DNA of 64,000 nucleotides from NCBI GenBank assembly GCA_048938895.1, contig JBHLLU010000005.1, positions 32,001 to 96,000 on the forward strand, given 5' to 3'. Shown here piece by piece: positions 1 to 9,734 of this stretch. The position numbers and the translations under genes are program-made. Every line of letters begins with the position of its first letter. Positions within the stretch are counted from its first letter, which is position 1. The notes under the pieces are model-generated. The model saw only the letters and a list, made by a program, of their open reading frames with translations, made no database searches and was not told the DNA's origin. The stretch comes from Promethearchaeota archaeon (GTDB taxonomy: Archaea; Asgardarchaeota; Lokiarchaeia; Sigyniarchaeales; SOKP01).

Positions 1-164
1 CTTTTAGAGATTAGAGTTTGTGCAATTACTAATATATCACCATCACATATATTAAGGTCTTTTTTTTTTATACTCTCTAAAATAAGTTTTGGAATATTAT
101 CACCTTTTTTGACAAGGGGAATATCCTCAAGTCCAACAATATTAATCTCTTTCGTTATATCCAT
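1..164 (-). CDS. cofE: Coenzyme F420-0:L-glutamate ligase, N-terminal part (runs off the window edge)
   Basis: Manual translation from ATG at 164: MDITKEINIVGLEDIPLVKKGDNIPKLILESIKKKDLNICDGDILVIAQTLISK, matching the CofE N-terminal pattern (IPLVxxGD...DGDILVIAQTxxSK). Not in the ORF track. Confidence 0.85.
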   Translation of the reverse strand, partial: MDITKEINIVGLEDIPLVKKGDNIPKLILESIKKKDLNICDGDILVIAQTLISK

Positions 165-170
165 ACTAAA

Positions 171-1232
171 TCAATCTATAACATTTAAATATCTTTTAAG
201 ATCAGTTTCCTTGCTTCGTGCTAGCTCTTCAAATTTGGAAGGAATAGCACAACAAGCAGAATAAAATTGAAATTTTATTTCAGAATTTTGCTTTTTTAGC
301 CACTTGAGTGTATTCTTCGAAGGAATCTCAATTCTTGTAATTCCCGCTTTTAATGCATTTTTTTCCACTTCTAATTTAATAGTACCACGAGGTCTCATGC
401 ACCCAAGCGAAATTTCAGTTGAAGGAAAAATAAACCGAATCAATGCAATTATTTTTGCTATTGCCTCTGGTTGTGGGGTTTCAAATTTTATTTTAGAATT
501 TTTTGGAGGGATTAATGCAATAATAACTATTAAAGGAGGGGATCCCAAATTTTCTTGAATGAATTTTACTGAATCTAATTCTTTATTAAGCTTGCCATAA
601 TGTAGTCCGACACAGATATGAGGTACTATATTTAGATTATGCTGTTTTAATAAATCAAGTGCAATTTTATATTCATTTAACTCAATGTCTAAATGATATA
701 TGTCTCTAACCACTTCATTATCCATATTAATATCAAAAGAAATTATGTCCACATTTGCATCTGCAAGTTTTTTTGCTGTTTCCTCTTTCAATAATCCTGT
801 ATGTGTATTTATTATTAACTCTGTTTCTTTTTTTATTTTCTTAATGGCATCTATAAAATTTAATAAGGGAACAGAACCATCTGATTCACTTCCGCCCGAA
901 ATTAATGCTCCTACTCCATTTTCTTTATAAAGATCTAATAAAAATTGCTCTAAATCTTTATTGTCCAAGATTGCTTTCATTCCTTTTAAATATTTTTTAT
1001 TGCAATGCTCACATTCTAACGCACAATTACTACCTGTTATGCTAATTGCGGGGAATTTCTTGGTAGGATTATAAATTTTTAGTAAATTTCCAAAATTATT
1101 TTTAGTAATATTCTGCGCTAATCGATAAAAGGGCTCTAAGTCTTTAGATTTTAATGATAGAAATTCAGAATAATCTGACCATGATGCATTTCCAGATTCT
1201 ATCTTTTCCAATAACTCTTGATTTCTACTCAT
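171..1232 (-). CDS. lipS1: Radical SAM lipoyl synthase subunit LipS1
   Basis: CxxxCxxC (CALECEHC) plus the C-terminal GCMR and CC (SACCA) motifs described for archaeal LipS1; adjacent to a lipoate ligase. Confidence 0.8.
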   Translation of the reverse strand: MSRNQELLEKIESGNASWSDYSEFLSLKSKDLEPFYRLAQNITKNNFGNLLKIYNPTKKFPAISITGSNCALECEHCNKKYLKGMKAILDNKDLEQFLLDLYKENGVGALISGGSESDGSVPLLNFIDAIKKIKKETELIINTHTGLLKEETAKKLADANVDIISFDINMDNEVVRDIYHLDIELNEYKIALDLLKQHNLNIVPHICVGLHYGKLNKELDSVKFIQENLGSPPLIVIIALIPPKNSKIKFETPQPEAIAKIIALIRFIFPSTEISLGCMRPRGTIKLEVEKNALKAGITRIEIPSKNTLKWLKKQNSEIKFQFYSACCAIPSKFEELARSKETDLKRYLNVID

Positions 1233-2004
1233 ACTTATTTAACCATTCGAAACGTGAATATTTATCATATACTAATCTCTTAGCTAAATTTAATTCTTCT
1301 TCTGAAAATAATTTTTCTTTAACTTTTATCCCTAAAGTCTGCTGGAAGCCACATTTTAATGAGTTAATAAGATTTTTTTCATTAAAGTTAGGGATCTGAT
1401 TTTTAATCCCTACACATTTTGCTCGAACAGACCTTACCATCCGAGATTTCCCTATGTGTTCAGGTGCTCTTAATACAGAATACATCAAATCAGGATCTAT
1501 ATCCAGTAATATAGTTCCATGTTGAAGAACATATCCTTTTTTTCTTACTTGTGCGTTCCCGGAAAATTTTTTACCATCAAGTAAAATTGCAGGACAATGA
1601 ATAACATCTTTTTCAGTTTTTAATCCATAAATTGTAAGTCCTTTAATAATTCCTTGAGTTATAATTTCAAATTGTTCTATAACTCTTCTAGCACCTAATT
1701 TTTCTAAAAATTTAATAGGGCAAACAATTGAATAGGTAATTTCATTTGTTTCATCATGAAAAACTGCACCCCCTCCAGTTATTCTTCTTACAATATTAAA
1801 TCCTCTATTTTCAGCAAAATCAGTGTTTATCTCATCATTTAGACTTTGATTTCTCCCAATACTGGCAGTTGATGGCTTCCATTTATAAAATCGTAATGTG
1901 TTTGGGGATTGATGTTCAATTACCTGTCTTAATATAGCCTCATCTAAAGCCATATTCCAAAAACCATTTCTAACCTCTAACGGTAAATAGCGCCAAGTAT
2001 CCAT
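1225..2004 (-). CDS. lplA: Lipoate-protein ligase / octanoyltransferase catalytic domain (LplA/LipM family)
   Basis: NMALDEA, RRITGGGAVFHD, GKKFSGNAQ and LQHGT motifs; catalytic domain only (259 aa). Confidence 0.9.
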   Translation of the reverse strand: MDTWRYLPLEVRNGFWNMALDEAILRQVIEHQSPNTLRFYKWKPSTASIGRNQSLNDEINTDFAENRGFNIVRRITGGGAVFHDETNEITYSIVCPIKFLEKLGARRVIEQFEIITQGIIKGLTIYGLKTEKDVIHCPAILLDGKKFSGNAQVRKKGYVLQHGTILLDIDPDLMYSVLRAPEHIGKSRMVRSVRAKCVGIKNQIPNFNEKNLINSLKCGFQQTLGIKVKEKLFSEEELNLAKRLVYDKYSRFEWLNKYE

Positions 2005-2022
2005 TTTTATTAAATATATTTT

Positions 2023-3033
2023 TTAATTAACTAAATTTAACAATATTTCATAGATTTCTTGTTTTTCGTTTTCACCCAACTCCCGTGGGTAATTATAAAT
2101 GGGACCTGATGGTTTTGAAGTATAATATGGACGATTACAGCCTGGACAACCTGAAGTGAAGAAAGCATCAGTATCATCTATAATATTTCTTAATTCTCTC
2201 TTACTTATATTAAAATTAATAAGATCTCCTTTCATATTAAAAGTGAAATCTTTTATATCTTTATCTCTATCAACAATAAGATATCTTCCTAGTTGTAACT
2301 TTCTAAAACTTAGAAGAGGTGGTTGACTTTTACTTTCTAGTTTTGTTCCTTTTATAGGTGTAAAGGCAAAAAGGGAAACTAAAATATGTAAACTATTTAA
2401 CTCAATAATTCGTTCTATCACATCTTTTTCTGTTTCACCCAATCCAATTATTAAATGAGTACTTACAAAACCTTCTGAGAAAATTTCCAAAGCTTCCTTC
2501 AATTTGTAAATATGATCATCCCATTTATAAGGACCGTTTACACCAAGCCCCTTGATATCATCAAAAATCTCGGGAGTAACCCCGTCTAATGCTATCCCTA
2601 CTCTTTCAACTCCAATTAATTTTAGTTCTTTCAGATTTTCCCTCGAAAGAGGAGGAATCGCAACTGAAATCGGTGTATCAGTATGTTTTTTAATTTCGGT
2701 AATGATATTTATGAGATCTGTTACATTTTCGGGATAATTAAGAGTTTGAATACATATTCTATCAAATTTTTGTGATGTGCGCAAATATTTCAACTTTGTT
2801 AAGAAATCCTTAAATAAAAAAACAGGCCAATTGATACGTGAGAGCATTTCCTCCGAACCTTTAGAAGAACGTGCTTGTGGACAAAATCCACAATTAGCAG
2901 TACAATACCCTTCTTTATAGGTCATTATATAACATGTAGTGGGAAGATCTTTGAATTTAGTTATTGAACCTAAACTTAAAACTGAAGCACTTCCAATAGA
3001 CACTCTAATTTTTTCTATATTCATAACTCTCAT
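2023..3033 (-). CDS. lipS2: Radical SAM lipoyl synthase subunit LipS2
   Basis: CTANCGFC radical SAM motif and C-terminal TSGCPGCNRP, which fits the TxGCPxC(N/D)RP LipS2 motif. Confidence 0.82.
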   Translation of the reverse strand: MRVMNIEKIRVSIGSASVLSLGSITKFKDLPTTCYIMTYKEGYCTANCGFCPQARSSKGSEEMLSRINWPVFLFKDFLTKLKYLRTSQKFDRICIQTLNYPENVTDLINIITEIKKHTDTPISVAIPPLSRENLKELKLIGVERVGIALDGVTPEIFDDIKGLGVNGPYKWDDHIYKLKEALEIFSEGFVSTHLIIGLGETEKDVIERIIELNSLHILVSLFAFTPIKGTKLESKSQPPLLSFRKLQLGRYLIVDRDKDIKDFTFNMKGDLINFNISKRELRNIIDDTDAFFTSGCPGCNRPYYTSKPSGPIYNYPRELGENEKQEIYEILLNLVN

Positions 3034-3221
3034 TAGTAAGAATAGAAAATTAAGTTTTATTGCTTCGTATTATAATACACAAATTCAATATAATTAAACC
3101 TATTTTATGAAATATCCAGATTTTCCAACGGAAAATGTCTAGATAAAAATTTTATTGAACCAATTATTTAAATATTAAATAAGAAGTATACACCTCAACT
3201 TAAAAGAAGTGTTTTTGGTAA

Positions 3222-6011
3222 ATGGTTGAATATGATGCTCAGAAAATAGAGTTAAAGTGGCAAAAAAAGTGGAAAAAAGATAAAATTTTTGAAGTCAAAG
3301 TAGATCCAAAAAAGGAAAAATATTATGTGTTAGAAATGTATCCATATCCGTCGGGTAAACTACACATGGGCCATCTGAGAAATTACACTATTGGTGATTG
3401 TTATGCCCGGTTTAAGCGAATGAATAATTATAATGTCATCTACCCGATGGGGTATGATTCCTTTGGTATGCCAGCTGAAAATGCAGCAATAGATCATGGA
3501 GTTAATCCAGAAGAATGGACTAATAAAAACATTGAAACTATGAAGGAACAACAAAAAAGGATCGGTCTGTCATATGATTGGACAAGAGAAATATGTAGTC
3601 ATAACCCACACTTCTATAAATGGGATCAATGGTTCTTTCTTAAAATGCTTGAGAAGGGTCTTGCTTATAAACAAGAAGGTTATGTTAATTGGTGTCCAAA
3701 ATGCATGACCGTATTAGCTAACGAACAAGCACAAGGGGGGAGATGTTGGCGCTGTACCAGTATCGTTGACCAAAAATTCCTTTCACAATGGTTTTTAAAA
3801 ATAAGAGACTACGCTGAAGAGTTATTGGATGGATTAAATGTTGTGGAATGGCCAGAAAGAGTAAAATTAATGCAACGGAATTGGATCGGTCGTTCAGAAG
3901 GTTCAGTTATTAAATTCCCAATTGTAGGAGAAGACCGTACAGTGGATATATTTACTACTCGTCCAGATACACTTTATGGAGTCACATTCATGGTTTTCGC
4001 CCCAGAACATCCATGGGTCTTTGAATGGGTTAAAGATACAGAATATGAAGCAGATTACAAGAAGCTCTATGATGAAGTTATGCATCAAGATAAATTTGAG
4101 AGAACTGATATTGAGATCGAGAAAAAAGGTATGTTCATTGGGAAATATGCAATCAACCCTGTTACCAATGAAGAAGTCCCGATTTATATTGGGAATTTTG
4201 TAATTTATGAATATGGGGCTGGGGCTGTCATGGCGGTACCTGGTCATGACCAACGAGATTTCGAATTTGCCAAAGAATATAATATTCCTATTAAAATTGT
4301 AATCCAGCCACATGATTATGAATTAACTGCAGATAAAATGACTCGTGCATATGAAAGTGATGGAGTTTTAGTAAATTCAGAAGAATTTAATGATATAGAG
4401 AATATAAATGCTATTAATGCTATCACCGAGAAATTGGAAAAAATTGGAAAGGGATATGCAACTATCAATTATAAATTAAGAGATTGGGGTATTTCGCGTC
4501 AAAGATATTGGGGGTGCCCTATACCAGTTGTTTATTGTGATGAATGTGGTACTGTACCAGTGCCCTATAATGATTTGCCAGTTTATTTACCTAAAGATGT
4601 GCAATTTACAGGTGAGGGAAATCCTTTAGAAACAAGTGAAAGTTTCATAAATACAAAATGTCCTAAATGTGGTAATAACGCTAAACGCGAGACGGATACA
4701 ATGGATACTTTCGTCGATAGTTCATGGTATTTCTTTGCATTTTGTGATCCTCCTTCAGTTGAAGCAGAAGTTCCATATCATAAAGACATAGTTAATTATT
4801 GGGGTAATGTTGATCAATATATTGGGGGAATAGAGCATGCTGTTATGCATTTAATTTATGCTAGATTTTTTACAAAAGTAACAAGAGATTTAGGGTTACA
4901 TAAATTCGATGAGCCTTTTCAATCTCTGCTAACTCAAGGGATGATCAATAAACTACAACCTTATTGCTCGAACTGTAATGCTTTTCTAATGAAAGCCGAC
5001 TTGGAACAAATGAAGTGTAAAATTTGTGGTAGAAGTGATTTAATCTATAAATCGGTAAAAATGAGTAAAAGTTATGGAAACACTGTAAATCCTGGGGAAA
5101 TTATCGAAAAATATGGAGCAGATGCAGCAAGATTTTTCATTTTATTTGGAGCAAGTCCTTCCTCAGGTTTAGAATGGTCCGATGAAGGTGTTGACTATGC
5201 TTATAGATTCATAAAAAATACGTATATGCTTGTAACTGACCCTCCTGAAATAATGAGAAACAAAATAAACATTAGAGATAAATTAATCCAGTATTATTTA
5301 AATAAAACAATCAAAGAATTTACAGAAAACATGGAGAACATTGAAATAAGAAATGCGGTTAACAATATCATACAATTCACCTCAGAATTTAGTAAATATA
5401 AAAGTGAAGGTGTAAATGGAGATATTTATAAAGAAGGTATTGAAAATTTGATTTTATTACTTCATCCAATCGCACCTCACATGACTGAGGAAATCTGGGA
5501 AAATCTTGAGAAGAAGGGATATTTGAGCTTAGCAAATTGGCCATCTTATAAAGTAGAATTACTAAATAATGAATCAGATTATAAATGGAAGTTAATGAAG
5601 AATATTATAGAAGACATAAATAATATAAAAACTGTAATGAAAAAAGAAACCTTAGATACCATTTCATTAATCGTCGCTGATCCTTGGAAATTAAAGTTTT
5701 ACAATGCTCTTATGATACTTTTAGAAGATTATATAAATCAAGGAGATATTATGAAAGAATTAATGAAGAACAATGAATTTAAGAAACACACTTCACAAAT
5801 AGGTAAGATCGTAAGTAGAATATTGAAAAATATAGGAAAATATCCCAAATTTACACTTTCATCAAATGATGAATTTCAATTTTTCACTGAGATTAAGCCT
5901 ATTATTGAAAATAAATTTGATTGTCTGGTTAATATTGTTTTTGAAAAAGAATCAAAGGAACAAAAAGCATCTCTAGCACTTCCTGGTAAACCTGCCATTG
6001 TTGTCATCTAA
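3222..6011 (+). CDS. leuS: Leucyl-tRNA synthetase (bacterial-type core, archaeal-type C-terminal domain)
   Basis: YPYPSGKLHMGH, FTTRPDT and GAVMAVPGHDQRD (CP1 editing domain), DWGISRQRYWG, KMSKS; ends ALPGKPAIVVI. Confidence 0.97.
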   Translation: MVEYDAQKIELKWQKKWKKDKIFEVKVDPKKEKYYVLEMYPYPSGKLHMGHLRNYTIGDCYARFKRMNNYNVIYPMGYDSFGMPAENAAIDHGVNPEEWTNKNIETMKEQQKRIGLSYDWTREICSHNPHFYKWDQWFFLKMLEKGLAYKQEGYVNWCPKCMTVLANEQAQGGRCWRCTSIVDQKFLSQWFLKIRDYAEELLDGLNVVEWPERVKLMQRNWIGRSEGSVIKFPIVGEDRTVDIFTTRPDTLYGVTFMVFAPEHPWVFEWVKDTEYEADYKKLYDEVMHQDKFERTDIEIEKKGMFIGKYAINPVTNEEVPIYIGNFVIYEYGAGAVMAVPGHDQRDFEFAKEYNIPIKIVIQPHDYELTADKMTRAYESDGVLVNSEEFNDIENINAINAITEKLEKIGKGYATINYKLRDWGISRQRYWGCPIPVVYCDECGTVPVPYNDLPVYLPKDVQFTGEGNPLETSESFINTKCPKCGNNAKRETDTMDTFVDSSWYFFAFCDPPSVEAEVPYHKDIVNYWGNVDQYIGGIEHAVMHLIYARFFTKVTRDLGLHKFDEPFQSLLTQGMINKLQPYCSNCNAFLMKADLEQMKCKICGRSDLIYKSVKMSKSYGNTVNPGEIIEKYGADAARFFILFGASPSSGLEWSDEGVDYAYRFIKNTYMLVTDPPEIMRNKINIRDKLIQYYLNKTIKEFTENMENIEIRNAVNNIIQFTSEFSKYKSEGVNGDIYKEGIENLILLLHPIAPHMTEEIWENLEKKGYLSLANWPSYKVELLNNESDYKWKLMKNIIEDINNIKTVMKKETLDTISLIVADPWKLKFYNALMILLEDYINQGDIMKELMKNNEFKKHTSQIGKIVSRILKNIGKYPKFTLSSNDEFQFFTEIKPIIENKFDCLVNIVFEKESKEQKASLALPGKPAIVVI

Positions 6012-6137
6012 TAAAACACATTTATATCCATGCTTTTTCTTAAATTACATATGCTTCTTATTAATTTAAGATTAAAAAAATTATTTTTATAATTAAAACA
6101 TTAAATCAAATTAAAAATACCTGGGACTATAATAGAC

Positions 6138-7007
6138 ATGACAATATATGAACTTAGTATCATTTCAACTACAGGATTTCCATACTACAATCATATCATT
6201 AAACCCGTACCTGAAGGTGTAAAAATCTTTCTTAGATTTTTCGATTTCTCTAAAGATAAATCTATAGTTCATGAGCCATTAGACTCTGACTCAAAATTTG
6301 ATCTTACTGCTGGTTTAATATCAGCATTATTTGAATTTGCTCGAAATATTGATAAAAAAATTGAAAGACTTGAATTTAAGGCTAAAAAAGTGTCTGAAGA
6401 CTCCCAAAAGATCCAGGCTGAAAATCCTTTTGAGGGAGATGTATTAATTACCACTCAAACAGAATCGTTCTTATTGCACAAGTCCGTAAAGGAAAAAATA
6501 AAATTAATTTATAATAATTTTATAAATATCAAAACCCCACTTGATTCCGCTGATACAATTGTAGAAAATGAAGAAAAAAAAATAATAGATATATTAACTG
6601 ATTCAAAAGCAAGAAAACATATTTCTGATCATCAAAATGATATTAAACGTGCTGCAAACGGATTTCTCAATGAAATGAAAGAATATGGACTATGGGGAAT
6701 ATGTTTAACCTCTTTTGATCTCTCACCAATTATTGCCTATGGGAAAAAGTATTCTTTAAGGGATGTAAATGAGATTCTAAGACACATCGGATTTATTCCA
6801 AATATAGCTCCATTAGAATGGATTTATAGAACTTCATTTTTCTCGGATGAACAGATTCAAGTCTGTATTATTAAATCAGGAGTGGGTATTACCGTAGAAG
6901 AATCTCTTTTTGAACCCTATTTCTATTTATTATTTGCAGATCCACAAAGCTATTTTGGTGAATTTCCAGAAAAATTAACAATAGTATTTAATAATATTCT
7001 TGGTTAA
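6138..7007 (+). CDS. Hypothetical protein with probable N-terminal longin-like domain and a second roadblock/longin-like domain
   Basis: MTIYELSIISTTGFPYY start and LTAGLISALFEFA helix resemble Asgard longin-type domains; second beta-hairpin start GLWGICLTSFDLSPII. Confidence 0.5.
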   Translation: MTIYELSIISTTGFPYYNHIIKPVPEGVKIFLRFFDFSKDKSIVHEPLDSDSKFDLTAGLISALFEFARNIDKKIERLEFKAKKVSEDSQKIQAENPFEGDVLITTQTESFLLHKSVKEKIKLIYNNFINIKTPLDSADTIVENEEKKIIDILTDSKARKHISDHQNDIKRAANGFLNEMKEYGLWGICLTSFDLSPIIAYGKKYSLRDVNEILRHIGFIPNIAPLEWIYRTSFFSDEQIQVCIIKSGVGITVEESLFEPYFYLLFADPQSYFGEFPEKLTIVFNNILG

Positions 7008-7008
7008 T

Positions 7009-7779
7009 CTAATTCATTGTTTTTTCAGCGGCCTTAATAATAAGAGCTAATGAATCTGCGTTAAGGGATGCGCCCCCAACCAAACCACCATCAATATTCT
7101 TTTGCTTAAATAAATCTTCAGCATTACTTGGTTTAATAGATCCCCCATATTGAATCCTAATGGAATTAGCTGTCTCTTCATCATACTCTTGTGATATTAT
7201 TTCGCGGATGAAAATATGAATTTCTTCTGCTTGTTGTGGTGTAGCTGTTTTCCCCGTTCCTATTGCCCAAATTGGTTCATATGCAATAACCGTCTTACTA
7301 ATCCCTACTCTGTCAATATCATTAAATGTATTCTTAAATTGATGCAAAATTATATCCTCTGTATTCCCCGCTTCTCTTTCCTCTAAATGCTCACCAATGC
7401 ATACTATTGGTTTTAAACCTATTTGTAATGCTTTCTTCAATTTTTTATTAACTAAATCATCCGATTCATTGAAAATGTTTCTTCTTTCACTATGGCCTAG
7501 AATTATATATTCCACCCCTATTTCTTTTAAAAATTTCGGTGAGATTTCGCCCGTAAATGCTCCTGATTCTTCATAATACATGTTTTGAGCACCTAATCTT
7601 ATGTTTTTTCCTTTTATAGTTTTTTTTGTTTCGATTAAACTAGTAAAAGGAGGAGCAATCACAATTTCTACATTCTTAATCGACTTTACCAATGGAATTA
7701 AAGTTTTAAGCATTTCTTTTGATTCATTTGGGGTTCCTCGATTCATTTTCCAATTTCCCCCAACTATTGGTATTCTCAT
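7009..7779 (-). CDS. tpiA: Triosephosphate isomerase, bacterial/eukaryotic type
   Basis: GGNWKMN, GAFTGEIS, LGHSERR, AYEPIWAIGTG, YGGS and LVGGASL motifs; 256 aa. Confidence 0.98.
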   Translation of the reverse strand: MRIPIVGGNWKMNRGTPNESKEMLKTLIPLVKSIKNVEIVIAPPFTSLIETKKTIKGKNIRLGAQNMYYEESGAFTGEISPKFLKEIGVEYIILGHSERRNIFNESDDLVNKKLKKALQIGLKPIVCIGEHLEEREAGNTEDIILHQFKNTFNDIDRVGISKTVIAYEPIWAIGTGKTATPQQAEEIHIFIREIISQEYDEETANSIRIQYGGSIKPSNAEDLFKQKNIDGGLVGGASLNADSLALIIKAAEKTMN

Positions 7780-7902
7780 TTTCTATTTCTCTAATTCTTA
7801 TTTAACTACTACTATTTCTATAAATAATTCAATTAAGGTTTAGAGAATATAAAATTCTACCGCAAATTATAAAAAATAAAATCAAAAAGAAGAAAAATGA
7901 GC

Positions 7903-8406
7903 TTACTCCGCTTTTGGGAGTTTTTCTGGTAATTTTGTTGCTTTTAAAAGTTTCTTCACTTCATCTACATCCGGAGCCATTATGGCCGGTAAGCCTAATT
8001 GAGTACGTCTCCTTTCTATAGCAGGTTGCATCGGAATTGCTTTGCCATGTTCTAGGACAGTCGATGCTTGGCCTGTATAATGAGCTGGAGCTTCTCCTCG
8101 TACCACACTCATATTTTTTAATATTGTAAAAATCTCTGTTAGTTCAACTTTTTGAGGGCACACCTCATCACAAGTATCACATACAGTACATCCCCAAATA
8201 TTAAACGCATTTTCTGGCCCAAATATTTTTTCTTTAAGTCCTAATAACGCATCAAGAATTAGCCTTCTTGGATTATATTTACCCTCAGTTACTTGTGCCA
8301 CAGGGCATGCACCACTACATGTAGCACACTGGTAGCAATATGCTAGCGTATTCCCTATTTCATTTCCAAGAATTTGGTTTCTAAAATCAAAATCTATAGT
8401 TGCCAT
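7903..8406 (-). CDS. hdrC: Heterodisulfide reductase subunit C (2x[4Fe-4S])
   Basis: CYQCATCSGACP, YNPRRL and IWGCTVCDTCDEVCPQ; C-terminal RRTQLGLP typical of HdrC. Confidence 0.88.
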   Translation of the reverse strand: MATIDFDFRNQILGNEIGNTLAYCYQCATCSGACPVAQVTEGKYNPRRLILDALLGLKEKIFGPENAFNIWGCTVCDTCDEVCPQKVELTEIFTILKNMSVVRGEAPAHYTGQASTVLEHGKAIPMQPAIERRRTQLGLPAIMAPDVDEVKKLLKATKLPEKLPKAE

Positions 8407-8643
8407 ATCTTTAATTCAGTTTATCTTAATATTAGGTAGTATAACTTATTGTCGATTTTAAAATTAATTCTTTTAATTTTCAATTTTTAAATAGCTTATA
8501 TCATTTCAAAATTCTTTTTGTTAAGTTTTGCTTGATTACATTTTTAGTTTGTAAATGAAATTAATAAAAGGAATTAAATATTTATTATCCTAAATTAAAT
8601 TCAATACAATCAAAATAGCTCAAAATATAAAATAGTATTTATC

Positions 8644-9000
8644 ATGACACATATTGAGGAATTAACAGAATTTGGTCTTGAGATCCCGGATACAATGAAA
8701 GAGGGAAAAGTTATTTTAGATGTCTATACTGAATGGTGTGGTCCCTGCAAATTCGTGAGCCCAATACTAGAAAAGCTAAAAAATGAAGGCTTAATCAAGC
8801 TGTTAAAAGAGGATTTAGATAAAAATAGACCCCTTGGTGAAAAATTTGGAATTACAGCAATACCTACGCTTCTATTTTTTAACAATGGTGTACTCTTGAA
8901 TCATCCAATAGAAGTTCAGGGACAGATGCTTGTACGAAACGGAATGATGGTTGGTGCTAGTGGGGAACAAGTCTTAAGAGAAATTATCTCTAAAATGTAG
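8644..9000 (+). CDS. trxA: Thioredoxin
   Basis: WCGPC active site and cis-Pro motif AIPTLLFF. Confidence 0.92.
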   Translation: MTHIEELTEFGLEIPDTMKEGKVILDVYTEWCGPCKFVSPILEKLKNEGLIKLLKEDLDKNRPLGEKFGITAIPTLLFFNNGVLLNHPIEVQGQMLVRNGMMVGASGEQVLREIISKM

Positions 9001-9219
9001 GTTTTTGAATACTTATACATTCCATTATTATATTTTTATTTCTTTTTCTTAAGTAGATTATTTAATAGGAAAAATAGTAAGTTGATGCATTTCGGAAAAT
9101 ATTTGAATAATTCAATAATTAAGAAAATCATACAAATAATCGATTAATTGAATTAAAAATTTTTTATTTAATGAAATTTTTACAATACTAAATTTAATTA
9201 GGTATTTTTAAATAGAACT

Positions 9220-9732
9220 ATGAATTTTTCAAGAAAGGAGTTAATCCAATCAGATGCAACTATGAACCAGATGAGGAATGCCATTTATGAATTAGCTCGA
9301 TTGATGGAAAGAAATGGAACTGCAGATTTAAGTAGTAGATTAAGGAGAATGGGACAAGAGATTGCTAAGACTTTTATTAATTATTGGAAACCTACTGAGA
9401 GTGTTACTCTTATTAACATAAGAGATTTAATTACAACAATTTATCAAAAAGTGTTGAATAGTTCAATTTCGATTGAAGTAGAAGAAAAGAGCAATTCAAT
9501 AAAAGTTCGAGATAATAATTGTGCATTATGTAAGTATCATTATGAGGACATCGAAATTGCTGGTTGCGAAATTGTAATAGGGATGGTTTCAGAAATTATA
9601 TCTCAAATAAATAGAGAATCAAATAAGCCATCCTCCCTCTATCTTGAACCGTTAGAAATAGAAGAATCTCGAGCATATGGTAATAATACTTGTATTCAAG
9701 TATATAAATATAAAATTGGAGGAACTGATTAG
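9220..9732 (+). CDS. V4R / TRAPP Bet3-like domain protein
   Basis: RLRRMGQEIA helix like Bet3/V4R, with Cys pattern NCALC...GCE...C typical of V4R zinc sites. Confidence 0.65.
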   Translation: MNFSRKELIQSDATMNQMRNAIYELARLMERNGTADLSSRLRRMGQEIAKTFINYWKPTESVTLINIRDLITTIYQKVLNSSISIEVEEKSNSIKVRDNNCALCKYHYEDIEIAGCEIVIGMVSEIISQINRESNKPSSLYLEPLEIEESRAYGNNTCIQVYKYKIGGTD

Positions 9733-9734
9733 AA

